This document shows, in pieces, positions 1-11,247 of a DNA stretch of 36,897 bases. Position 1 is the first letter of the stretch. Every line of letters starts with the position of its first letter. The stretch is from Vezdaea acicularis (Eukaryota). The notes under the pieces are model-generated. The model was not told the DNA's origin, made no database searches, and was given only the letters and a program-made list of their open reading frames with translations. Location: NCBI GenBank assembly GCA_026025075.1, contig JAPEUI010000066.1, positions 62,001 through 98,897 of the forward strand, written 5' to 3'. Both the position numbers and the translations under genes were made by a program.

Positions 1-966
1 GCTTGCCCATCCCAGCCTGGACGTATGTGCCGCCCGACCGGAGGGCGTGGATCGCCGTCTGTATACTAGGCTCCGCACCAGAGGCATCGATTATCACATC
101 GGCACCTTCGCCAAGGTCTTGCTCCTTGATGAGTCGTGCAGCGGACTCTTCAGCTGGCGTCCGGGAGGGCATGAAAATTCCTGTTGCAGCAAACTTGACG
201 GCAAAGTCAAGCTTTTCCTGGATGATGTCAACGGATACAATCTTTGTCGCGCCATATGCTTTGGCCACTGCGCAGCAAAGAAGTCCGACAGGTCCAGCAC
301 CGAATACGACCACGGAGTTGCCAGGTTTGACTGCTGCTTGCTTCACGATATGGGTCGCAACGCTGAGAGGCTCAATCAGAGCGCCCTCGTCTAAGCTCAC
401 ATGTTCTGGAAGCTTGTAGCACAAGTCTTCGGGAAGCACATAGTATTTTGCCAGCGTGCCATCGTACGGTGGAGTCGCGGCGAACTCCATCAACGGGCAG
501 AGGTTATAGTGTCCATCTTTGCAGCGCTCGCATCGACGGCATGGCACACCGGGTTCAAGGGCGACGCGGTCGCCGACTTTGAGCGATTTGACCGCTGATC
601 CTACTTTTGAGACGACACCCGCGGATTCGTGACCTAACACCATGGGAGACTTGACGACGAAAGAGCCTATCGCGCCGGTTGCCCAGTAGTGGACCTATTA
701 AGATCCTCTGATTAGGCTTAAATTCAAGGCCGTGTAAAGAGGGGATAACTTACATCGCTACCGCAGATCCCTGTAACCTTGATATTTACAACGACATCGG
801 TTTCTCCTTTTAATTCGGGGATAGGTCGATCCTCATATTTTACAACACCTTTCGACTCTAATACGAACGATGGGTTCTGGTAGGTAGATTGATCAGTTAC
901 GTGCATGAATCGTAGTGGGGGTTTGCTTGATTTGCTCACGACTTGCGTTTCTGTTTTTGTAGCCAT
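1..966 (-). CDS. xdhA: Zinc-dependent xylitol/sorbitol dehydrogenase (D-xylulose reductase, MDR family); C-terminus lies beyond the window edge
   Basis: Exons 966-940, 876-754 and 694-<1, with GT-AG introns 939-877 and 753-695. Spliced translation: MATKTETQV-NPSFVL...TGICGSD-VHYW...LGHESAG...GDRVALEPGVPCRRCERCKDGHYNLC...GAGPVG. This contains the catalytic Zn (C/H/E), structural Cys4 Zn and Rossmann GxGxxG motifs. Confidence 0.93.
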
Positions 967-1539
967 TGCGATATTATGACGAGTTTGTGAGATCCAGGTC
1001 AGCTCAAAAACCACTTCAAGTAGTCGTAGTGTAGATTTATGCCAGCAACGGTCGACAATTCTAGGCAGCAATCACCAGTATATAAGGCACAAACGTAAGC
1101 CGCGAGGGATAGTTTTCATGCTGAGCTCTGAATCCTTCAGACTGAGCTACCACAAAAGTCCTATCTAGTGAGGGGCAAGCTGTTAGCTTTGGTGGGGGGC
1201 GATGGCATTAACCGAGGGGGCTGCCGGGACGTGCGCTTTCCATCGGTTCCTCGCTCTGTAGCTTACTCACTAAGGAACTATCGTAGGACATATAGCCCCT
1301 ACATGGTGCTACTATGCGGTCAAGTGGCAGAGGCGCGCATATGGAAGAATGTGTGCATTTTCTGCTTGGCGCTGATTGCACTCTCAGGCACCTCCTTGCA
1401 CGTATACATCTCTTGTGGAGGGGAAGATTCAGAGAACCTCATGATCTGCTTGGTATATCCATGGTTTTCATACTGAGGTGTAGAACGCTCTGCTTAGCGC
1501 AGGATTCCTCCCTTGGCCCGCTCTTGCTAGAACATAACG

Positions 1540-4474
1540 CTAGTCCTGCGGCCCACACGACAGACATCTAATGCCTTCGCTGCCTTCTGCACCAAGATGG
1601 CGGAAGCTAATCTGGCGTTCTTCCCCATTTTTCAATCCCTCTACCCCGACCAAGAATCTCTCTTCAGGCACCAAATCGAATCCGTTATCTTGAAACACGA
1701 CTTTATCAAGTTCAATCTCAAGCGCTACGCCTTTGACGGGCACTTTTGCAGATACCTCCAGTCTTGAGCTGTCGAGAAGTCTTATTTGGAGAACGGGCTC
1801 CCTTGCCAAATGAACATAGCGCAAGGGCTCCGGCCAGTTCACCATTCGAGCGACCTGGCGATCTCTTTCGAAAAGGTATGCTGCAATCGCAACTTGATCA
1901 CCTCCATCGCTTCCTTCTAGATCAGCCAATACCTTGGTGGAGAGTAGCTCAGTTGAGCTGTTCCCCTGTACCATTGGCACGTCTTGATAGATTTTGAAGA
2001 CCCTTGTACCTGTAACAGTCCAGCCCTCAACCTTCAACGACACCTCACGACTTTCTAGCCTGGAATTGCACGCCCATATCTCAAGATCGAAGGCGCATCT
2101 CTTGCGGTCACCTGTTCTGTAGACACCCTTAGATGGATGCATCTTCCTCTTGATCTCCACGACCAATGGCTGAAGTTCGCGCTTAATGGCGAAGTATCCA
2201 AGTTTCGGACGAAGGTAGTAGTCAATTATTGACCTTCAGAAGTTGATCAGACTCGGACCTAAAGTTAAAGACCCCACAAATACTTACCAGGATATGCAAG
2301 GCCAGCAATCATTAAATTGCCATACTAAGGAGCCTCCACAATATTCTTTGCCACTGCCTCGCCATTCTCTCCTAAAAGCTCTGTAAGCTGCACTCAGGCA
2401 TTCAGCTTGCATAAGCTGTGTACAGTAGATGTAATGCTCAATCGGCTCGAAGCTGTATCGTAAATTCTCTGCTAGGTATCTAGAAATGTTTAGTGTCCAT
2501 ATATTCGGAGATATATGAAAAGACTGACGTTGCAAGTCTGCGTTCCTGTCCTGCTGCTTTGTTATGAAAATCCATTGTAGACGACTGTGAAAATCTCTCA
2601 AGAGAGCCACTTTCGAGGAAACTGTCCACGGTTTTGATGCTTGGAAATGCTTGCATACCAAACTCAGACACGAAGCGGCCAGTCAGCTTATCAAAGTTTT
2701 GATACATCTCTTGTGACTCATGCCATACTATAAAGTTTAATGTTAGCCTGGACTGAGTGAATATGCGAACTTTGGCCATATTTACCGTTCCATTGATGAA
2801 TGTCTCCAGCTGTTGGATCGCGAGTATCCTTACCACCCCAAGGAGATCCAAAGTGATATATTGCACCCGGAAGCTCTTTTCGAAGTACCTCGGGAAGTAG
2901 ATTTTCATAGATGTAGCGGGCTGGAAACGATGTCTCGAGCCACTTATTGGGGTCATGCTCATTCGGATCGTACTCTAGTTTCTCGGCCTCCATGATTTGA
3001 TAATCTTCGTTGTTACCCGCCCATATAGCAATACATGGATGGTGACGGAGTCGTCTGACTTGAAATTTGGCTTCACATTGGACACGATCACGGAATTCCT
3101 TGGACTTGGCCGGGTAATTTCCACAGGCAAACATAAAATCTTGCCACACCATGATCCCGAGCTCATTACACGCTTTGTAAAATTCGCTATCCTCGTAAAT
3201 GCCTCCCCCCCAAACCCGAAGCATATTTTGATTTCCATCTGCCGCCAACTTCACCAAAGATCGGTACTTTTCTTTTCCAATCCTCGGACTAAAGCTGTCT
3301 GCTGGAATCCAATTGCTCCCTGCGCAAAATATGGGGATCCCATTTACACGGAAAAAGAATGATTGTCCCTCAGAGTCATGCACTGGCCTTTGGATAAGCT
3401 CCACCTTTCTTAGACCAATCACTGATGTCTCCGATGCGATTGTTTCCAGTCTGGCTTCTGGTGTAGACTCGGTGGGACCATATAAGGCAAATAGTGTGGC
3501 TGTTACCTCGTAGAGTGATTGAGCACCGTAACCTTTAGGAAACCATAGTTTTGGACGTTGCAAGACGAATTTAGTAACTGCATCCTGAACTAGAAGCACT
3601 TGTGTTTCTTCAAGGATAGAGGCCGGTATTCCAAACTCATGTAAAGTAAACTTTATGGAGTGTTTGATGTTACTGAGAGGTGGCCCTAGCGACGAATTCG
3701 TCATTTTTGGCGTTTTTACTGACGCTGTTATCGTAATCTCAGCAGTTTCGAAGTTTTTACCAATAACGTATTGACAATCAAGGTTTGAAATACGTCCATG
3801 GTGCAGCTCCATTCGGATGGGACGCCATGGTCCGCATGTCATCAATTTCGGGCCCCAGTCCCACCCCTAGCAGTCCTCAGCATTGAAAATATCCTCATTG
3901 TCGTTCCGTACCGCTGCTTCTTAAGGACTTTTTTGGAAGTCACGAAGAGTTTACTCACGTAATGGAACTGAGCCTTTCTGACCGCTAACCGACTTGGATC
4001 GCCATTCCAGCATGACCAAAGATGATCTGGAGTCTTCCCAGCGATCCCTTTCGCTATCTCCCATGTACTCCCAAATAAAATTGTGATCTCGTTCAACTCT
4101 GGCCTTAGAAGATGCTTGACACTTGCCCGATATGTTTGAAACATATCGGTAGACAGGTGAATAACCACATCATTCAAGCTTACGACTGCGTATGTGTCTA
4201 AGCCTTCAAAGATAAGGTCAACAAAGGTTGCCTGATTCCAGCGTGGGACGCGTAGTTTCAATCGATAGATCCAAGAGTCTTCGCCAACCCATTGCACATC
4301 TGCCGCATTCTTAGCTATGAATGGATCAGGGATTAGGCCATGGCTTAGAAGGTCAAGATGGATGTTAGTCGGAAATTGAGAAACAGCTCTGTACAGGGAT
4401 AGCGGTTTGGTGCTTCCTTTGAATTCCCAACCCTTGTTTAGAACGATAGATTGCATTGAGGATGATTCGCTCAT
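1540..4474 (-). CDS. mndB: Glycoside hydrolase family 2 beta-mannosidase, no signal peptide (MndB-type)
   Basis: Exons 4474-3959, 3866-2786, 2727-2529, 2479-2288 and 2233-1540. Motifs: FEGLDTYA, RKAQFHY/GWDWGP, GSNWIPAD, NMLRVWGGGIYE, WQDFMFAC, WAGNNE (acid/base Glu), SEFG (nucleophile Glu), WQFNDCWP. Confidence 0.93.
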
Positions 4475-4854
4475 AGGGTGTCTATTTCGAGTCTGGTCAT
4501 TTGAAAGACTTAGGGCTGCGAACTTTCAAGCTGTTAGTTCTCTGATGAGGCATTAAATGTTCTAAGGAGCCATTATGTCCTCCTGGGTAAGCGTATTGCT
4601 CTTGCGATCCAGCATATATGGTGTCTCTTAGCCTTAAATGCTAGGTATTGCCGTTCCACGGCTTTCAGCGGCGTAGCCGAGGCAGTTCCACACACGAATG
4701 GTTGGAATACGGCCCCTCGAAACTACATGGATTGCGCTGGAATGCCGGAAGTCTACTTTTAAACGAAAGAAGCTTCCAATCACGGACAACATGAGTATTA
4801 GAAATGACCCGCTTGATTGTAGCCTACGCCTAGATGAAATAAGAAAATGTCAAA

Positions 4855-5585
4855 TCAGATCTTGGCGCCCATGTCCACGTCCTCTTCCCCAACCCCCCTT
4901 TTCCGCTTTCCGACTGTACCACTTTCCCCCTCCTCTCCATCGTCCTCCCATTCAATCACTTCCCATTCGACGTTCATGTTGCCCTCCCTCCTCCGTCCCA
5001 TCCTCCTTGTGACTTTGCCTAACTGGCTGCCTTGTGTCATCTCCCCAAACCAACCACCGTCTACCATCACACCCTCTTTACTACCAATGCCATCTTCGGA
5101 GCTAATCAGGCGAAGGCCTAGTTCATCCAAGTTATCTAGGTCGTCACCAAGCAGACTACCAACCGTCACGGCTATGAAATCCGCTTCCTCGACCGGATCT
5201 TCGGTCCAAACGTTGAGGTGTGTGCCACAATGTGTACAGAACTGACGCTTTTCGCTTTCAAGATAAGGAGGAGAATAAGTACGTCTGATTGAAAAATGTG
5301 TCTCGTCGGGGTTATAAGCATGTGTACTGGATTGGTACCAGTGGAGGGGTATCCGGAGCCAAGCAACTAGAGGACTGGCTTGAGTATGCCCTGAGACATG
5401 TTAGAAGGTGACTGCAAAGTAGACTAATCGGGGAGAGAAATACTGTCGTTAGAGGAGGTTGAGAAGATGAGTTGGGCGCTCTCGGACTCGGGCTCGGACT
5501 TTATTGATGACGGAATGCTAATGGTGTACCGGTTTCGACCGCATGAACATCTCCCTCGTAGGATGCTAGGAGTGTGAGAATCCAT
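4855..5585 (-). CDS. GFA/CENP-V (Mss4-like) zinc-binding domain protein, about 225 aa
   Basis: Not complete in the ORF track. Exon 1 is 5585-5444, the intron is 5443-5391 (GTATTT...CTAAC...CAG) and exon 2 is 5390-4855, giving 678 nt in frame. Translation: MDSHTPSILRGRCSCGRNRY...PLVAWLRIP...KRQFCTHCGTHLNVW...AVTVGSL, which follows the GFA pattern GxCxCG...RxFCxxCGT. Confidence 0.8.
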
Positions 5586-6275
5586 CGCGATGGCTTGGAT
5601 GGTTGAAGCTAGTTTGTATATCTAGAATAGGTGTGCTGAACTCTCATCCAAATGTCTCGATTGTCCTGAGATGCAAATGCGTCGAGGCGGCGGAATAAAG
5701 CTGAAGGAAGCGAATCTTATTGGGAGGAGACTTAAGAATTCGGTAGACGAAACGTTAAATACCCAATATCGAGCAAACTGTAAGCAATTGAATCGGGGAG
5801 GCAACTTATGTCGAAATTGAGATTCTCAATCGTAAGATATGAGATCCTAGTTGCTATCTGATCATCCAATTCTGGTCATCAAGAGCCGCGTGGTGAGCAT
5901 GCGTTTTGCACTCTTTATGACCCTGGAATAGTTTGTTACTCCACATATATATGGAACCTAAACTTCCATTGAATCAAAGCCTATTATGCCAATGGAAAAT
6001 TTGGTAGTTATCTGGAGTAATGTGGCTCATTCTGAATTGATTGTAACTACAGGATAGCCTCCGGCGAAACGTCCTCGGTCAGAATTCACGATGATAGCCG
6101 AGACGAATCGATGGCAGCAAACTTATCTCACAACCACTCTACGTACGGCGCCGTGTTCTGTCATCGACGGTTTCCGCGACAAAGTCTCCCCTCCAAACCA
6201 CGTCCCTAACGCTGTGACAATAGCTGGCACGTATGCTTGCATGTCTTATATGCAAAATAAAACCCTCAACCTACC

Positions 6276-7521
6276 ATGGTTCGGCCGCGCGCTCCTTCGG
6301 GAGCATCCACCACTTCGTCCGTTACCGACGGAGATCAGGTTCGGGATTTCTCTAGGCGCATTCGCGATCCACAAACTCTCAGCTAGCTGACCACTTTCGC
6401 GTGAAATCATAGGAGCTTGGGAGCATGTATGATTATTTAGTAAAGATCATTCTTATAGGACCGAGCGGGACTGGGAAGTGAGCTACTCCGGAGCTGGAGA
6501 CGTATTTGAGCTATTTTGACTCGCTTGGAACAGGTCATGTCTTCTGCATCGATTTGTCAGGAATGAATGTGAGAAAGCCATTCCGTCAAGTATTGGAATG
6601 TCGTGTTGACTTGAGCAGGGAAAGTCTTATCGTCTCAGACGATTGGGGTCGAGTTCTCGTCGAAGATCATCAAAGTGGGATCAGGTTCAGGGCGAAAGCG
6701 TATAAAGTTACAGGTACGCTTACTGGAGAAACCTTTCAAAGAAAGACTTTAAATAACCGGTATCGCTTTGCTAGCTTTGGGATACAGCAGGGACAGAACG
6801 GTTCCGCTCTGTCTCTAGATCATACTATCGTGGCGCTGCTGGCGCCATCTTGGTTTATGATATCGCCTCCCACGCCTCCTTCAGTGCCCTTCCGACCTTT
6901 CTAAACGATGCACGAGCATTGGCTTCGCCGAACTTAACAGTCCTACTAGCTGGAAACAAAGCGGATTTGACCGCCGACGGAACGGCGTCAAGCAATGAAA
7001 ACCTGATCGATGCACCTATACCCCTAACTCCATCCAGCGTCAGCAGTAGATCATCTCAAGTGCCGTTCAGTCCTGGAGGTCCTGTAAACTCAACGACAGG
7101 GGCAGGCCTTGGTACAAGAAAAACAGCTACAATCGCCCCCGATGGGCGAGAAGTATCCCAAGAGGAGGCGTCTCGCTGGGCCTCATCATCGAAGATCCCC
7201 GTCTCGGTCGAAGTCTCTGCACTATCCGGAGAAAACGTGGAAGATGTGTTCGCCCGACTCGCAAGAATGATCCTCACGAAAATCGAGCTTGGAGAGATCA
7301 ATCCTGACGACCCCAACAGTGGAATCCAATACGGAGAAGCCTGGACCGCTGGCGCCAGTGATGGTGGGAGCATCAAGAGCTATATGACCTTCGACGAGGC
7401 ACACGGCTCGCGGCGGAAGCGAAGGCCAAAGAGTAGATCTTCGGGCACAGGATGGATACGGGAATGGGAGGATGTCTTCAAGGTTCAGGGCGCGCGACGG
7501 CGCGGCCGGGGATGTTGTTGA
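6276..7521 (+). CDS. rab4: Rab-family small GTPase, Rab4/Ypt4-like
   Basis: Exons 6276-6338, 6413-6477, 6534-6568, 6619-6713 and 6775-7521; the first exon is less certain and there is an alternative ATG at 6425. Motifs: [40 protein letters not shown](T)[37 protein letters not shown], and a C-terminal CC prenylation motif. Confidence 0.9.
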
Positions 7522-7933
7522 CAGTGGGTTGGGCATTTGAATAGAGCCGTGAGCGAGGCGTCATTACTAGATTTTGGGATGGCGCTTGGGCGAGTAAAGC
7601 GTTTAATGGGTTGGGTGGAAATGACGATGAATTAAGCCCATAAGGCGTGGGGGGAGGTGGATATACTGTATAACTTGCGTTTGTTGATTTTTTATGAGAC
7701 CAGTCTATATGCTATATGGTAAGAACACGGTTTGCTGCTTCAATGCTCCCAGCTTCTAATGCCTTTGGCTGCGTGGATATGCGTCTAGAACATAGAAGAT
7801 GCACGCATAAAACGCAACAGAAAACCAGCCCTAGTACCCCATATGGGATCATTCGCATTTCAAGGTCTCATGAATTCATGAATTTATGACCTCACAACTC
7901 CACAACTCCCCCCTCTACCGCAGTTTCATGAAT

Positions 7934-9533
7934 TCATGACTTTACAACCTCTCCTTCCATCACGGCTTCTGCTGGAGAGATGACCTTGTCAGGGTTGACT
8001 TGGCCCTCGCCAGATCTCCTGTCAGGTAAAAGTCCGACGGGAATCCAGCCTCGTACCTTGCCACTCTTGTCTAGTATCACACTGTCATCTTCGGAATATT
8101 CCCCTTGCCCAATATCAGTCACCTCCCGTTCAAGGGCTGATGCAGGAACGACCTCAGTACCGTTGTTCGATATGAGCTGAAGCATGGCTCTAAGGTTTAA
8201 TCTCAAAGTTCGCTCTGGCTCTTGAGCTTTGAAGATACGTTTCGTCAACCAGGGAAATAGTACACCGAAATCTGACTGACTCAAATGCGCCGATGATGCA
8301 GGATAGAAGATATGAGGGCCGACACGAGGCTCTCCCTGAATTGGCTTCGACGGATCCGGAGAGAGAAGGCGTCGAAGGTTCTTCAAGTTCGGGTTCCACT
8401 TAAAAAACGCCTCGCTCATTATTGCTAGGACAGGCAGACCTTCGGGGTGCGAAGCTGTATAGCATGGCATCGGCTTATTGAATAATTCTGGTATGAACTT
8501 CAACGGCAGACACCAAATATCAAGCAAGATCGCTGCAGAGTTTGCGTTGATTTGATGGGTAATATGAGGCCTCTCACCTAGCCTGAGAAGAGGATTCTGT
8601 GTTGAAGGGAGCTCAGATGAGTAAAAGACTGATTTTATGAGCTGAACGACAGTAACAGCGCCAAAAGAATGTCCTGCCCATATGATCTTCCCCGGATCAC
8701 GGACATCTAATGACCCAGTGAACATGACTGACTTAGACGGCTGCAACGTGCGATTCGGTTCCCACAGCCCGTTAGAATCTAGGTTTAGAAGGCCCTGATC
8801 TAATCGAAGTATTGCTTCGTGTATCAAAGAGAGCTCCCATAACCGAATGCGAAGCTGATGATTTCTGGACACTTCTACCTCCTTCGTATGCGAGTGAGGA
8901 AGGTTCTGGTAATCAAAAGTGTGCTTTGTCGATACGATGGAATCCATTTCATTTCTGAATTCTCGCTGGTAAGTTATGGGTGCGCTACCATCTCGATGTT
9001 CTGGCGCAAAGATGACGGCGCCGTGACTGGCTAGCGACACCAGAAGATGTGAGTACAGATTTCTTGTGCCCCCAAGGCCGTGAGAAAAGATCATGACTGG
9101 CCATCGCTTTGATGTGGTGGGTGGAGCCCGTAGAGGAGCATTTGCTGCAACGGGTATCGTAATGCGAGAGATAAGGGTAGGGAAGTAGCTGAAGCGAGAG
9201 GTGTTAGCATGTTTCCAGTTCGCCCGCGTGGTACAAAGCTTACGAGAAAAGATCTGCCGATACAGTTCCTGCGCCTAGGAACCTCACAAAGGCCGCGAGA
9301 TGCTCCCTCTGGGGTTCTGGTATCCAGTAGACAGCCTTGCCATCTTTGGTGCTAGGAGAATCGCAGGGGTAGAAGATACGGAATTGTACCGTCGATACAT
9401 TGGGATCTGGGGGTCCGATGCAAGGGTCGAGGCAAGCTGTGGGTATTTCGACATCGAGAGTACCAACATCGTAAGGTCCAGTACGAGATGGGAAGGTCGG
9501 AGTTGGGTTTAACTTGGAGAAGAGGGTTGCCAT
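7934..9533 (-). CDS. Platelet-activating-factor acetylhydrolase (PAF-AH II-like alpha/beta-hydrolase phospholipase A2)
   Basis: Exons 9533-9244 and 9188-7934, intron 9243-9189. Motifs: TGPYDVGT, QFRIFYP, WPVMIFSHGLGG, APEHRDGSA, GHSFG nucleophile elbow, LLDIW (Asp) and SAHLSQSDF (His). Confidence 0.9.
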
Positions 9534-11247
9534 GTTGCTCGCGTGACCGATCTCACGACCAGCAGACGTCACTCGCCTGTCTAGGAGCGAGCGATACAGT
9601 TAGAGATTAGTCGCTCTGCGAAAGCGAGGGGAAAATATGGAAAATAGGCCGCAGGAAAGAATTGAGGGATGATGGAAGAAATGAAGGCGTTATAGTGGTG
9701 ATGTTGACGGAACTGCATTGTTCCGGATTTGCCTGTGGCTGGACCGCGGCATGGAAAAACTGCTCGCCTGCTTTCTGACGTAACTCCAGTACTCGCACGC
9801 CCGGCCCTCGGTACTTGGACTTCGCCATCTTTTTCCGATTGGTACGCCAGTTCTTCTTGCTCGACAATCCCCGTGAACGAAATGGACGGCTTCAGTTTCG
9901 CAGGACGAAGACACTGAACAGTGAGCGACACAAACAGATGAAAGGAACGCAAAGAAAGAGCAAAAGTGAGATGATGGAGATCTCGCCAAGCGCAGCGCTG
10001 GATGGCTGACTAACAGACGCCGAAGAGTGAAATAGGAACGATCGGCGTTAGACAACTTCGAATCAGCTAATATTCTCGAAGGTGTTTTGGTTCCTTCAGC
10101 TTGGCGGCTTTCCTACGACGGCGGCGCAAAGGTACTTGCACAAGGGTTCAAACGGCGGGATCGTGTGCTCTGCCGATCTCATCCTTTCGAGGCAACGTGA
10201 AGCTCGAGGGGAGATGTTATGCTTAAACCTCTGGGTCCGTCTAAGCGTGGGGCGGATGGGGGCGCGATCGACAGGGAGGATGATGATCATCACTCCAGCG
10301 ATTGGCTACGGAGGCAACAGTTCAAAGGAGGTTCGGGGGAAGACGACCCGTTCTCGTTGCATTTGAGAGCATGCAGGGCGGTGGGAAAAGAGTCGAATCA
10401 TTCGAAGACGACCCTTTTAACAAGCCGCTTCTGTCCACGCGGAGCTGGCGCGCAGTCTTCGGGTCCTTTTCCGCAACTCCGCGATGTCGATTGTCCCGCA
10501 AGCCATCTGAGCGCCACTCCGAGTCGCAGCCCGCCCGTTCGATTGGTATCTGGGCGAGCACACGCTCAACTAGACCCAGACCGTGAGTAATCAGCAATCC
10601 TCCCGCCCGGCGACGGAGCAACGCGGGGGCCCAAAATAGTCGCAGCCGATGCAACCCTTCCCACGACTCCGACGCTGGTACGAACTCGGTCTCGGCCCCA
10701 CCCGTTCACTTCGCTTACGAAGGCCCTCTGTAAGACGGCCCTGTGATGGATAGTACAGACCCTTAGTAATGGGGAGCCTTCCACCGGCCTTATAGCTCTA
10801 CTGGTTGAACCCTCTCCATCAGCTCGACGCCCCTTCACGAAGCATTTGTTTTTCGAGCATCCAGTGATCCGAACATCGATTGCCCAGCCGCACTCATCGC
10901 TGTGCAGCCAGCCTCTATCAAACGAGCAGGTCAAAGATCCCTCGCTTGAGCCTCGACTTTCCCGGGGAGTGCAACCGCCGATTCAAAGGAATTGCACGCA
11001 AAGCTCATGTTAGCTTGCTCTTCATCTTCCGCATTGTCTCAGCCCTATCGTCCGTGATTCACACTTTCTTGGGGAGAAGAAGCAGTCGACTTATCAATTG
11101 CTCTGTTGACCAACCCTGGCTGAACCCAAACGATCCGCTGATTAGTGAACGAAACCTTGCAGGCCGAGGATCGCTTGCCAGGACGAACGAGAAAGTCGCA
11201 GAAGTTGAATAATCAATGCACAAAGCGTGTCCACGCCATTGACACAG

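Noticed and set aside
3..598. Plus-strand ORFs 3-419, 47-394 and 401-598
   Set aside because: They are antisense shadows of the xylitol dehydrogenase coding exon on the - strand.
1..4474. Possible sugar-catabolism cluster (xylitol dehydrogenase plus beta-mannosidase)
   Set aside because: Only two genes acting on different sugars, with no transporter or regulator visible in the window; adjacency alone is not evidence.
4847..5245. Ser/Pro-rich + strand ORF (132 aa)
   Set aside because: It is antisense to the spliced GFA-like gene, which has recognisable motifs and canonical splice sites.
9581..11212. Numerous 60-123-aa ORFs between PAF-AH and the bZIP gene
   Set aside because: No recognisable domains; consistent with a GC-rich divergent promoter and UTR sequence.
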